Below, piece by piece: positions 25,104 through 44,356 of a stretch of 64,000 bases of DNA (positions are counted from its first letter, which is position 1; each line of letters begins with the position of its first letter). A program made the position numbers and the translations under genes. The stretch is taken from assembly GCF_009914755.1 (NCBI RefSeq), contig NC_060932.1. One strand, 5' to 3'. The notes beneath the pieces were generated by a model. It searched no databases. It was not told where the DNA came from and worked only from the letters and a program-made list of their open reading frames with translations. Origin of the DNA: the human T2T-CHM13v2.0 reference genome, Homo sapiens.

Positions 25104-28100
25104 CTTTACTTGCATTCTTTGTGGAAATTGACAAGCTGATACTAAAATCCATATGAAAACTCAAGGGATCCAGAATTGCCAAAACACTTCTAAAAGGTGG
25201 AACAAATTTGGAAGATGCACAATTTCCAATTTCAAAATATACTAAAAAGCTAATCAAGATGATGTGGTAATAATATAAGGATAGACATATCTATTATTGA
25301 AATAATTGGGAATCCAGAAATAAACCCGTGTATTTGTGGTCAATTAATTTTGGACAAGGATGCTAAGACCATACAATGGGGGAAAGAATAGTCATTTCAA
25401 TAAATGTTGTGACAACTGAATATCCAAATGCAAAAAAATGAAGTTGGACCCTTATCTCATACCAAATACAAAAACTAACTCAAAATGGATGAAAGACTTA
25501 AATGTAAGAGCTACTTAAAAGAAAACATAGGAGTAAATCTTTGTGTCCTTGGAGTAGGCAAAGTATTTTTATATATGACATCAAAAACATAAACAACAAA
25601 AGAAAAAATAATTAAACTTCACCAAAATTTAAAAGCTTTTGCATTTCAAAGGACATTATTAATAAAGTGAGAAGACAACTCACAAAATGGGAGAACGTAT
25701 CTGCAAATCATATATCTGATAAGGAACTTCCATTTAGATTATATAGAGAACTTCTTCCTCTTATGGACTAGCTCTGAAAAAAAACTCTTATAATTCAATA
25801 ATAACAAGAAAAATAATAATCCGATTAAAACATGGTAAAGGATCTGAAAAATGTCTATTTTTCCAAAGAAGACTACACAAATGGCCATAGGCATGTGAAA
25901 ACATGTTCAACAGCATTAGTCATCATAAAAATGCAAATAAAAACCACAATGAAATACCACTTCACACCCACTAGGGTAGCTATAATAAAAAAGTCAGATA
26001 ATAAGTGTTGGTTAGGATGTGGAGAAATTGAAACACTAATACATTGTTGATGGAAATGTAAGATGCTACAGCTGCTTTGAAAAACAGTCTGGCATTTCCT
26101 CAAATGATTAAACATAGAGTTACAATTCAACACAGAAATTCTATTATAGCCATATACCCAGATAGAGAAACAATAACGTATGTTCACATAAAAACTTGTA
26201 CCTGAATGTTCATAGCAGCAGTATTCATAATAGCTAAAAAGTGGAAACAATTGAAAGTCCATCAGCTGATGAATGGATAAGCAAAATGTGGAATATTGTG
26301 TAGCCTTAAAAAGAAGTGAAGTGTTGATACATACTACAACATATATGAACCTTAAAAACATTATACTAAGGGAAAGAAGCCAGTCACAAATGACCGTGCA
26401 TTATATGATTCCATTTATATGAAAATGTGCAGAATAGGAAAATCTACAGCGACAGAAAGTAGATTGGTTATTATCTAGGAATGGGGAAGAGGGATGGGCT
26501 AATGGGATGGCAATGAAAGGGTATGTGGGGGATACCTTTCTGGGGTAATGAAAATGTTCTGACATTGATTGTGGTAATTATTGCACAACTCTATGAATAG
26601 TGAATATACTAAAAACCATTAAATGGTACACTTAAATGGGTGACTGGAATGGTATGTGAATTATATATCACTAAAGCTATTACCAAGAAAAGAAAAAAAA
26701 TCTGTGGCTTCCATCTTCGATGCTCTCACTTGTTCTCACCCACTCCCTGCCTTTTTTAGACTGCTTGGTCTGGGGGAAGCAAGCTGCTAGGCTATGAGAG
26801 GCCCACATGGTGAGAAAACGAAGTCTCTGGCCTACCAACGTTCTAACAACCCTGTGAATGAGCAGATCCTCCCCAGTTGAGCCTTCAGATGAAATTACCC
26901 AAAAAGTTAAGTTGCTTCTGGATTCTTGAGCCATAGAAACTGTGAGATAAGAAATGTCTGTTATTTTAAGCTGCTAAATTTGGGGATAATTTGTTACACG
27001 GCAATACATAATTAATGTACCACTTGTTCGTTGCAATGCTTTAGAAACAACCAGTAGATTAAGCTTATTTATTTTTTCTTCAGGACTACTGATTACTACT
27101 CATTAATTTTTTTTCCTTAAGGAATTAATTATTGAATGGGGTGTGTTAAATCTCTTATGATTATAAATTTGTATATTGCTCCTTTTAGTTCTGTTACTTA
27201 TAACTTTGTTTATTACTATATTATTAGCTTTACCTATTTTGAGAATACATTATTAAGTAAATACAAGGATTAGCCTATCAATTTCTCCATTTACTCTATG
27301 GTTTCCCAGTGGTATAGTTCATGTTGAAAATGCAGGAGAAACTATTGATTCTTTCTCTTTCTGAACTAGTTTTCAAGATAATAATTTCTTCTATATCATT
27401 CCTCTAAGGAAAACACATTTGTTCAAAACAGTGTTATCATGAACTCATGGATTTAAACTATTGATGAATTATTAATTGATAAATTATTGATGAATTTGAG
27501 CTTTTTAAAGCTTAATCTGGCCAGTGGGAGCCTCTTCAAGTTGTCTCCCAAGTCCTTTGACACAACTCTAGCAGTCTTTAATAAATAGCTTCCCTGCTAT
27601 CTGGTATGATAACTTTTCCAGGCACATCTTGTGTATTTCATATTCCAGTCTTGCAATCAGCTCCAAGAAACCCTTGTTTCCTTTAGTAACTAGGTGAATG
27701 GTATTTTAAGACCACATAAGACCACCTTCTGGGGACTTGGGATATTCATTGCTACTGGGCTACTTTTTCTAGGCCTCACACACACATTCAAATAGGACTA
27801 GAAAATATTTCTAGAAATTTCTTCTTATATCTGCATGTCCTTTCTTCACACTCAGAATCCTGGTTCTAACGGACACAGAAGATTATAGAATTGAAATGAT
27901 AATTACTCATACTTTTCAAATCACACATCACACACATAAGTTTTAGAATAATAATAATATTACCAATCTCAATATATCTACTGACAAGAGTGAATATTTT
28001 TGGTATATGCTGTTCCCATTTCCCCTTATTTTTATAATTATACAATATCTAAATTGAGCAAACAGACATTACAAACCAGACTTTTTCCCTTTTAACTCCT

Positions 28101-28152
28101 ATTTAATCTTACTTCTAATAGTAATTATATTTCTAATGCTTACCACCAACCC

Positions 28153-28407
28153 TTTTTTTTTTTCTTGAGACAGAGTCTCGCTCTGTCACCCAGGCTGGAG
28201 TGCAGTGGCACCATCTTGTATCTCAGCCTCCCAAGTAGCTGGGACCACAGATGTGCACCACTGTGCCTGGCTAATTTTTGTATTTTCAGTAGAGACGGGA
28301 TCTCAGAATGTTGACCAGGCTGGTCTTGGACTCCTAGCCTCGAGTGATCCTCCCACCTCGGCCTCCCAAAGTGCTAGGATTACAGGAGTGAGTCACTGTG
28401 CCTGGCC
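28153..28407 (-). mobile_element. AluJ with internal deletion
   Basis: Reverse Alu, shortened right arm. Confidence 0.85.
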
Positions 28408-28454
28408 TGACAAATCCTTTTGTTGTGGTCTGCAAAGGCTTGGCCAGCTATAAT

Positions 28455-29122
28455 TGTTAGAGGGTACATGGTTCACACAAGACCGCCCTCACTTCTGACA
28501 CCAACTGCAAATGTAGAAGAGTTTCCCAAAGCATACTCATGTTCAATGATTTGGTATAAGGGCCCATAAAACTCACTAAAACTATTATACTTACAATTAT
28601 CATTTATTATAGGGAAAGAATATGGATTAAAGTCATTCAAGAGAAGAAGTACATGGGGTGGAATCTGTGGAAGTAACAAAAATGGAGCTCCCATTGGCCT
28701 CTCTTCATGGTGTCAGGATGTGTTACTTTTCTGGCATTGATGTGTGACAAGACGCAGTTTTGTCAGCCAGGGAGGCTAACCCAACCTTGGTGTTCAGAGT
28801 ACTTATCAGTGCTCCACCACGAGGGTATCACTGATTGATTGCCCATGTGATTGATCTCCAGTTCAACTGATATCAGATGACTCAAAGCCCTTACCTTAAA
28901 TCACATTGTTGTTCTTTCTGGAGTGGCCAGCTCCTACCCTAAGTTTAGGGCCAACCTACCTTCTAAGTCATATTGCTAGACAATCCAGTGTGACCCCATC
29001 CTCCCAGGCAAACAGAGATACTATCATCAGGCATGATAGCCAAGGGCCTAGAGATTGCTTCCCGGAATGTGAGGGCAAGGACCAGAACTCTTTTTGGGCA
29101 AGACTAAATTCTTTACTACACA
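28455..29122 (-). mobile_element. MER21-family solo LTR
   Basis: TG...CA ends; CACTTCTGACACCAACTGCAA and TAAATTCTTTACTACACA motifs. Confidence 0.72.
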
Positions 29123-29164
29123 GTTTTTAATAGCCTTTTTTTGCTTGTCTGAAGCTTGTGTTCT

Positions 29165-29454
29165 TTTTCTTTTTTTTCAAGACCGAGTCTTGCTGTATTG
29201 CCCAGGCTGGAGTGCAGTGGTGCGATCTAGCTCACTGCAAGCTCTGCCTCCTGGGTTCAAGTGATTCCAGTGCCTCAGCCTCCCGAGTAGCTAGGACTAC
29301 AGGTGCATGCCGCCACAACTAAGTTTGGATTTTTAGTAGAGACAGGGTTTCTCCACGTTGGCCAGGCTGGTCTTGAACTTCTGACCTCAAGTGATCTGCC
29401 TGCCTCGGCCTCCCAAAGTGCTGGGATTACAGGCGTGAGCCCACCACGCCTGGA
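29165..29454 (-). mobile_element. AluS
   Basis: Reverse Alu; TSD CTGAAGCTTGTG(T/C)TCT. Confidence 0.92.
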
Positions 29455-29989
29455 CTGAAGCTTGTGCTCTAGTAGATTCCACAAGAAGGATTCATAGGAA
29501 CAGTATTCCCTGAGAGTGTTGATTGCATATTTATCTGTGCTTTATATACTTAATATTCTTCTCAATATAAAAATCCTTGGCTAACACTTTCTTTCCCTCA
29601 GTATCTTGAATATGTTACATAATTACTTCCTGCATAAATGTTGCTGTAGAAAAGTCTAGAGATAATTCATTTTTGTTTCTGTATAAGTTTCTTGATATTT
29701 TTGTCTAGATATTCAAATAATTTTTTAGTTTTCTTAAAGCCCAGCAATTTTTTTTCTAGAATAAGTATTGGTGTCAAGTCTTCTGGATAAATATGATCAG
29801 GTATATGGCATGCTATTTCAATATACATTTTCAAATCTATTTTATATTTTAGGAAAGTTTTCTAGAATTTTAGTTTAAATATTCTGCTCCCTTGTTTTGG
29901 TTTTCTTCACAGTCTCCTTTCATGTAATATGTTGAATCTTCTTAGCCTATCTTCAATATTAGTCTCAATTTCTCTCAAATCCCTTTTTT

Positions 29990-30480
29990 CATTTATTTAC
30001 TTTTAAAATTGATATATAACTTTTATATAATATAACTAACCCACTTAAAGTGGACAGGTCAATGGTTTTTAGTATATTCAGAGTTGTGCTACCATCACCA
30101 CAATCAATTTTAGAACATTTTAACAGCCCCCTACCATAGGTATCCATACCCATAAGTAATCATACCCCATTTCCTCCCAACTCTCTTAGTCCCCAGCAAT
30201 TAGTAACTTTTCTCTCTACGAGTTTGCCTAGTCTGACCATTTAATATAAGTGCAATAATACAATATGTGGGCATTTGTGACTGGCTTCTTGCACCTAGTA
30301 TGTTTTCAAGTTACATTCATATCGTGGCATGCACTTATTTATTTTTATTGCTGAATAATGTTTCATTGGGTATGCTATTTTTTATTTATCCATCCATCAG
30401 TTGCTAGACGTTTGTGGTGTTTCCACTTTTTGGTTATGATGAATATGCTGTTATAAATACTCATGTAAAATTTTTCATTT
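29990..30480 (-). mobile_element. L1MB-like 3' end within older L1M relics
   Basis: Reverse L1MB 3' UTR (ACCATCACCACAATCAATTTTAGAACATTT). Confidence 0.7.
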
Positions 30481-30698
30481 AGCTTTGATTTTTATCATTT
30501 CCCCCTTTTAACTATCTCTTTTAAGGTATTACCTGTTGTCCTTATTCACTCTTGTGTTACTTCTAGCTTAATCTTCACTTCTGAAATCAGTTTTCCTTTT
30601 ATTTTGGATTCTTTCCTTAGTTATGTCAACTTATGTCTCACTTTTTCTAGTTCTAGTTTCTGGGTCATGTTCCTTCTTCATTATTATTATTTTCTTCA

Positions 30699-30995
30699 TT
30701 TTTTTTTTTTTTTTGAGATAAGAGTCTCATGCTGTCACCCAGGCTAGAGTACAGTGGCATGATGTCGGTTCACTGCAACCTCTGCCTCCCAGGTTCAAGT
30801 GATTCTCCTGCCTTAGCCTCCTGAGTAGCTGGGACTATAGGCATGCACCACCATACCCGGCTAATTTTTGTATTTTTAGTAAAGCAGGGTTTCGCCGCGT
30901 TGGTCAGGCTGGTCTCAAACTCCTGACCTCAGGTTATCCACCTGCCTCAGCCTCCCAAAGTGCTAGGATTACAGGCATGAGCCACCATGCCTGGT
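30699..30995 (-). mobile_element. AluSx-like
   Basis: Reverse Alu consensus with poly(T). Confidence 0.92.
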
Positions 30996-31380
30996 TGTTT
31001 TTGACTAATTTTAAAATAGAAAGTTACAGTTTGACCTGTTCTATGGGCAATTCTTTTGCCATGCTTCTTTTTATTGTGTTAAAGGTGTTGTTTTGTTCCT
31101 TTTTTTTCTTAAAATAACTTTGCATGAGATTTAACTTTGAGAGTTTTCTCCTGTATTTTTTTATGAGAAAGTATATTTCTTGCATATTAGAAGGTGGTGA
31201 TATTCAGGGTAGCCCTTCTAAATTCCAAACTCTCCTTTTCATGTTTGTTTGTTTTTTTTTTTTTGGAGTGTTTAAAAATTAGTAGCTTTCTTTCTGAGAT
31301 TTCCTGACTTGTTCTTCCTCTCATCTCTTTCACCTGGACCTTTTTCATCTCTTATTTTCTACTGTTTTTCTCCCATAAAA

Positions 31381-37433
<6,053 letters not shown>

Positions 37434-40400
37434 AAAATTTTAATTACTCTGTTAGAAATGTCTCCTTATTGCTGGGCCCTCTCTTGGATGGGAGCCTGGG
37501 TGGGTGGGTGTGTGGACTTGCTAGGGATTAGGCTGCGGTAGCACAGTCAGTTCCTACCATGGATACACTGTACTCACCTTCTGTAGGAGTGGGTCAACCC
37601 CTTCTATTTCTGCTGCTGTTCTCAAATTGGCCCAACACACTTTAGGGTGCTACTTGTTGGCTGTTTTGGGTTCCCTTGTCCTTGATCTGTCAGCCATCTG
37701 TTGCTTCCCTCCTCTCCCTCTATGGAAGCTGGATACCATGAAGGTCTTGCTGGTTGGTTCTCACTTGTCACCTAATTTTGTTGGAATGTTATCTGTGGGT
37801 TCTTGTCTTTGCTATGGAGGCTTTGTCTGGTTTTTTAAATCTCTTGTGGGGATTTGGATATACTGGAATGCCAGGGCTCAACCTCTGCATCTCCCCACGA
37901 TGCCCTGGTTCTGCCTTTTCTGTGGTTCTTTTTCTCTCTCTCCTGTGACTTCTATTCCTTCTTTTGAAAGGATAGAATATGCTTGATCATTTCTTAGTTT
38001 TGTTTATAAGTTATATACTGCATTTCTACTTTCTTTAAATAACCCTAGCAGTGTTAGCATATACAATTATTTATTTCTTTAAAATCTACAATCTCCTCTC
38101 AAGCAGTACAAGAACCTCAGACCAATTCAAATTTGATCATCTCTACCTGTGATCGTTTTGGATGTGTCAATCTTATCTTAACCCTTTAAAACAACACATT
38201 TATTATTGTTGTATGTAGCTAGTGTTTGTTTAGATTTATTATTCACATTTTACGACTTTCTTTGCTCATCATTCTTTCTGGGACCTTTTTGCTTATAAGG
38301 TTTGCTGGTGGCAATGTTCTCAGTTTCTACTTGACTGAAACTTTTTTTTTAAATTTTCATTTCTGAAAGATACTGTGTTTAAAGGACATTCTTAATAAGA
38401 TAAAAAGACATTTTGGCTCATTTTATTTCTAAAAAATCTTCTAAAAGATTTTTCTAAGGGAGCTTTAGAAAAGATACTTCTAAGAGGAATTTTTGTTTCC
38501 TACAAAGATATTTTGTATAGTTTTATATTGACAGTTAATTTTTCTCATGTTGAAGATCCTATTTCACTCTTTCAGACTCCAGTTTTTGCTTTTGAGCGTT
38601 CAATTGTCCAGACTAATTGTCATTTCTGTTTAGGTATCTTTTTTCAAGTTACGATGCAGATTACTTTTGTCATTAGTTTTCAGTACATTTACCATGACAT
38701 GTCTAAGTGTGGATTTATTTTATTTATTGTGCTTGAGATTATTCAAATCTGAATCTGAGGACTGGTGTTCTTTAACCAGTTCATCAATTCTCAAAGATTC
38801 TCAGTCATTATCTGCTCAAATATTACATTTCTTCCATTTTCTCCCTTTTCTTCTGCTGAAATTCTCACAGGACATTTATATTGGAACGTGACACTCTGAA
38901 CTCCATTCCCCTCATTTCTCTTTTGCTTTTCTTTGTGCTACATTAGGAAACACTTCTCTAGTTCTGTTCTGTAATTCATTAAATCTGGATTCTACTAAAT
39001 TCATTTATTGATATTTTAATTTTTATTATGTTTTAAAAATGTCTAGAAGTTATATTTAGTTATTTCTTAAATAAGCTTGCTTTAAAAAATTATGTTTTAG
39101 GAACAGTTCATGTAAGGAACAATTCTTCTTGTTCCTTACAAGAATATTTTCAACCCATTCTTATTTTATATTTTGTATCTGAAAATTCTAAAAGTCACAT
39201 GTATTTGTGGGTCTCTTTCTTCTGTTTATCTCATTCATAGTGTTTTGTTCCCTCGTGTTTTCATAATTTCTAATTGTGAAGTCCAGCTCCTTGGAAGTTT
39301 ATCTGTGGGACTTATATGGTGGACTTCTCAGCACTTGAAACTTCGGGTATTTTCAGCTAAATTCTTGGCTTAATATATTTTAAGCTTTCTCATGCTGGAT
39401 GTATTTGGACAACAAAATCATGTGAAGGTTAGTTTGTAATTTTTCCTTCTTTTCCATAAACCAAGCTTCATAATAGGAAAATATCCTTTCTGTTCTCTGG
39501 TGGGGCCAAGGGTGGAAAGAAGGAGCAAGAGTTACTTAAAGGTCACCTTTATCCCGAGAGCGTGTCTTTAAGTGGAGTGTCTCTTATTTGACTCCCCAAC
39601 TTGGGAAAACCCTAAAGACTTTATACTTGAAAACCCAAACTCTAGTTCTTTGAGTTCAGCAAATGCTGTTGGGGAAAATGCCAACTTATCTCTTCAAATT
39701 CCTCTTTCCACTTAGTTTTTGGCCAATTAGGAATCCTCCTTCTTGGTCAGTTTACCTATACATTTTAAAAGATATTTTGAAACAAACTTTGAGCACTTCT
39801 AGTGGTTGTTATTGGTTGGCCAAGGCAGGGAAACCAATTTGCCAAGAAAAAAAAAAACAAAGTCTCTCATTTTTAAAAAATTCGCTTATATTAAAAATAT
39901 TAAATAATACAAATGCAGAAAAAGAAAACCTTTTTCTCCAGTCCCCCAAATCCCTCTGTTACTAGTTTGTGCATGTGTGAAGATTTCCAGAGTTAGTCTG
40001 TGTGTATAAAAGCATACCTATTCACACCCACCCGCTCTTCCACGAGACAGCCTTTTGTAGGAGAAGTGGTAGCATCCTGTGTGCACCTGTTTTTTTTCAT
40101 TAATAATACATCTTGAGAATTGCCCATATCAGTGCATACAGACACAAGTCATTATTTTTAAAAAGTGCATATGGTTTCATTTTATGTATGTACTGTAATT
40201 TCTTTAACTTGCCCTTATTAAAGGTTACTTGTTTATTACCTTTATTTACAATAAATAATCCTATAATAAATTATCTTCTACAATAATTGCTTGAGTATGT
40301 AAATATGTCTGTGGGCTAAATTTTTTCTCTAAGGAAATTTTTGGGTCAAATGACTATCACAAATTATTATAACAATTGTTTCTGCCAAATTGTCTCCAAT

Positions 40401-41764
40401 GATATTGAACCAAGTTACACTCCACTAAAAATGTACAGCAGTGCCTTTTCCCCTAGACTTTCATTAACATAGAATAATATAAAATGTTTATATCTCCACT
40501 TATCTGATAGGTGAAAGTAGAATCTTATTCAAATTTTGCTTTGCATTTTTCTTATAATGGAGAAAGTTGACCTCTGCCTTATTCTTATAACTCTTTCCTT
40601 TGTTGCTTTCAATATATTTTACTACTTCAGTCCTTCCTTTAGGTCTAACTGTTTTTTAATAAACTTTCTCACTAAATTCCTTTCTTCTACTCAGTGTAGA
40701 AGTTTAGGCATTTTTCAAAGTTCTGTTCTCTAACCTTGTTCTTTTTCTGTATTTTAAAATTTCTATGATTTCAACAATTGCATCCACCCAGAAAACCCTC
40801 AAGTTTATATATTTAATTTCAAATTTCCTACTGATTGTTAAGTAGCCATGCATGGATGTTGTAATAGTAAACACCTCAACTTTGTATTTCTAAAAAACCA
40901 CTTCTAATATAAATAGTTCTTCTTTCTGATTCTTCTGTTTTCATCAATGGCTCCATCTCTGAGTCACAGAATACCTTGTTTCCCATTCCTATTTAAAAGC
41001 TTAAATTGCCAAGGATTATAGGAATTGTGGGCCTGGAACTGGGAACAAAGACCAAATATTATTTATTATTATTTATTATACCACAGTTGCTAAGTGTAAT
41101 TCTGGGCATTGATTATATACATAATCAATTATATATATAATCAAGTGTCCAATTACCTCAGCCTTCTCTCAACTGTCATGTGCTTGCTATAGACAGCAGC
41201 AACATTTGCTCAAGTCATCTTTCCGTTTGGGAAATAGTTGATTGGAAACTCCCTGCATCTCCCTGTGGCTGATTTTATTTATTTTGCATTTGTCTTATTT
41301 GGGCCCAAACTTCCTTTCCTAATTCTTTCACAACTAGTGTCAGTTACAGATAAACTTTGGACACGTTATTTGTGTTAAGGGTAGAATATGGCTGCAGGAT
41401 ATTTGAAGATAGGAATTGTGTGGTGTGAACTAGAAAATGACTGTAGATTCTCTATAAGGTACAGAACAAGGGCAAAGTCATTTTTTAGGGTTTCCAGGTG
41501 TGATGTACGTGGCACATTGACAAAATCGATAAAATTGATAAAATCAAGCTAAGCCAATGGTAATCTATGGAGCCTTCAGTTTCATAAGATTCAGTGTAAT
41601 CTATATAATTCCAGGCTTACAAAACAGGTCATTCTCTAGGTGAATAATCTCATCCAAGTCTTTTCAAGGTGGAGCTCCACATCTTCTGGTTTGACAGCTC
41701 AGCTACTTTCAGGTGAATGGTCTTTACCTAGAATCATACTTAGACAATGTAAATAATATTTGTA

Positions 41765-42079
41765 ATTGCCAGCTATTGCCCAATAACGTTGCACAAGGAA
41801 CCACCCCAAAGCTCTAGGGATTACAAAGATAAGCATTTGTTTATGTATTCATTTTTTTGCTTACAGGAGAGGCTTTGCTTTAGGGTGTGAGTCAGCCTAT
41901 TGCCATGCCTCTTAAGACATCTGCTTACATCATTTTCACTGAAGCTCCTCTGTCCAAAGCAAAAGCAAGACACCTTACCTAACCAAGTCCAAGGTCAATG
42001 AAGCATGGAATTATACTCTGCCTGAACTTTGAAGAAGAAGGGAATGAATATTTGCTGAATAGGAGTTTAATCCTTCACA
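41765..42079 (-). mobile_element. Degraded MLT1-type LTR
   Basis: GCTATTGC...AACCACCCCAAA...GAATGAATATTTGCTGAA motifs. Confidence 0.55.
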
Positions 42080-42180
42080 GTGCTGAAGCTCAGAGTGGAG
42101 AACATTTTCAACAGCACAACTCAGAAGAGTTGTCTTTTATCTGAAACTTGTTCTAACTATAATGAAGATGCCTGAGAAAT

Positions 42181-44171
42181 CCCAAATTGTTTTTTTTTTT
42201 CATTGTTCTTCCCAAAATATCCTTCTTTAATTTTTAATGAGATCAAAAAGGGTTTTGCATTATTAACCAATAAAATCCAAGAGTGTTTTTAAGGTACTGT
42301 TTTTCACCTTTAGCTCATTGTTTTTTGTTTCTATTTTTGTATGTTTTAGAATGTGTCTTCTTTTTTTTTTTTTAATTGATCATTCTTGGGTGTTTCTCCA
42401 GAGGGGGATTTGGCAGGGTCACAGGACAATAGTGGAGGGAAGGTCAGCAGATAAACAAGTGAACAAAGGTCTCTGGTTTTCCTAGGCAGAGGACCCTGTG
42501 GCCTTCCGCAGTGTTTGTGTCCCTGGATACTTGAGATTAGGGAGTGGTGATGACTCTTGAGCATGCTGCCTTCAAGCATCTGTTTAACAAAGCACATCTT
42601 GCACCGCCCTTAATCCATTCAACCCTGAGTGGACACAGCACATGTTTCAGAGAGCACAGGGTTGGGGGTAAGGTCACCGATCAACAGGATCCCAAGGCAG
42701 AAGAATTTTTCTTAGTACAGAACAAAATGAAAAGTCTCCCATGTCTACCTCTTTCTACACAGACACGGCAACCATCCGATTTCTCAATCTTTTCCCCACC
42801 TTTCCCCCCATTCTATTCCACAAAACCGCCATTGTCATCATGGCCCGTTCTCAATGAGCTGTTGGGTACACCTCCCAGACGGGGTGGTGGCCGGGCAGAG
42901 GGGCTCCTCACTTCCCAGTAGGTGCGGCCGGGCAGAGGCGCCCCTCACTTCCCGGACGGGGCGGCTGGCCGGGCGGGGGGCTGACCCCCCCACCTCCCTC
43001 CCGGACGGGGCGGCTGGCCAGGCAGAGGGGCTCCTCACTTCCCAGTAGGGGCAGCGGCCGGGCAGAGGCGCCCCTCACTTCCCAGATGGGGCGGCTGGCT
43101 GGGCAGGGGGCTGACCCCCCCACCTCCCTCCCGGACAGGGCAGCTGGCTGGGCGGGGGGCTGACCCCCCCACCTCCCTCCCGGACAGGGTTGCTGGCCGG
43201 GCAGAGGGGCTCCTCACTTCCCAGTAGGGGCGGCCGGGCAGAGGCGCCCCTCACCTCCCGGACGGGGAGGCTGGCCAGGCGGGGGGCTGACCCCCCCCAC
43301 CTCCCTCCCGGACGGGGTGGCTGGCCGGGCAGGGGGGCTCCTCACTTCCCAGTAGGGGTGGCCGGGCAGAGGCACCCCTCACCTCCCGGACGGGTCGGCT
43401 GGCTGGGCGGGGGGCTGATCCCCCCACCTCCCTCCCGGACGAGGTGGCTGCCGGGCGGAGACGCTCCTCACTTCCCAGATGGGGTGGCTGCTGGGCGGAG
43501 GGGCTCCTCACTTCTCAGACGGGGTGGCCGGGCAGAGACGCTCCTCACATCCCAGATGGGGCGGCAGGGCAGAGGTGCTCCCCACATCTCAGACGATGGG
43601 CGGCCGGGCAGAGACGCTCCTCACTTCCCAGATGTGATGGCGGCCGGGAAGAGGCGCTCCTCACTTCCTAGATGGGATGGCGGCCGGGCGGAGACACTCC
43701 TCACTTCCCAGACGGGGTGGCGGCCGGGCAGAGGCTGCAATCTTGGCACTTTGGGAGGCCAAGGCAGGCTGCTGGGAGGTGGAGGTTGTAGCGAGCCGAG
43801 ATCACGCCACTGCACTCCAGCCTGGGCACCATTGAGCACCGAGTGAATGAGACTCCGTCTGCAATCCCGGCACCTCGGGAGGCCGAGGCTGGCGGATCAC
43901 TCGCGGTTAGGAGCTGGAGACCAGCCCGGCCAACACAGCGAAACCCCGTCTCCACCAAAAAAATACGAAAACCAGTCAGGCATGGCGGCGCGCGCCTGCA
44001 ATCGCAGGCACTCGGCAAGCTGAGGCAGGAGAATCAGGCAGGGAGGTTGCAGTGAGCCCAGATGGCAGCAGTACCATCCAGCTTCGGCTCGGCATCAGAG
44101 GGAGACCGTGGAAAGAGAGGGAGAGGGAGACCGTGGGGAGAGGGAGAGGGAGAGGGAGAGCCCAAATTGTT
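42181..44171 (-). mobile_element. Full-length SVA (SVA_D-like) with 3' transduction
   Basis: (CCCTCT)n head at ~44140-44160, Alu-like domain, GC-rich VNTR ~42870-43735, SINE-R, poly(A) at 42361-42373; TSD CCCAAATTGTT at 42181-42191 and 44161-44171. Confidence 0.96.
42201..42360 (-). other. SVA 3'-transduced unique sequence
   Basis: Lies between two poly(A) tracts inside the TSDs; ATTAAA (minus strand, 42226-42231) 25 nt before the distal tail. Confidence 0.9.
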
Positions 44172-44237
44172 ACCTTTGAAAAAGTGAATATAGTATTCCT
44201 TGCTTTTCACATTTAATATATGACATGATTTTATTGG

Positions 44238-44356
44238 TTTGAGAAGGGGTCTTGCTATGTTGTGAGGCTGGACTCAAACTCCTGGGCTTAAGTGTGATCC
44301 TTCCACCTCAGGCTCCCAAGTAGCTGAGATTACAGGCTCACACCATTGTACCCAGA
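44238..44356 (-). mobile_element. FLAM monomer
   Basis: Diverged left Alu monomer. Confidence 0.75.

Larger units (their letters stand above)
21801..26700 (+). mobile_element. L1MB-like element with 5' end, internally deleted, ORF2 relic and 3' UTR
   Basis: GGACTTCTGCTTCTGGCAAGA 5' end; ORF2 motifs ([22 protein letters not shown]); L1MB-type 3' UTR and A tail. Confidence 0.8.
21630..27018 (+). mobile_element. MLT1E/F-like LTR split by an L1 (halves 21630-21798 and 26701-27018)
   Basis: 5' half CCTTTGTGTAATCCCTTCCCCTTAAGTGTGAGCTGGAC...AGACTG; 3' half CTGTGGCTTCCATCTT...GCTGCTAAATTTGGGGATAATTTGTTAC. Confidence 0.75.

Noticed and set aside
42870-43735. GC-rich repeat array resembling CRISPR or a CpG-island gene, with a 218-aa ORF
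   Set aside because: It is the SVA VNTR; there are no unique spacers or cas genes
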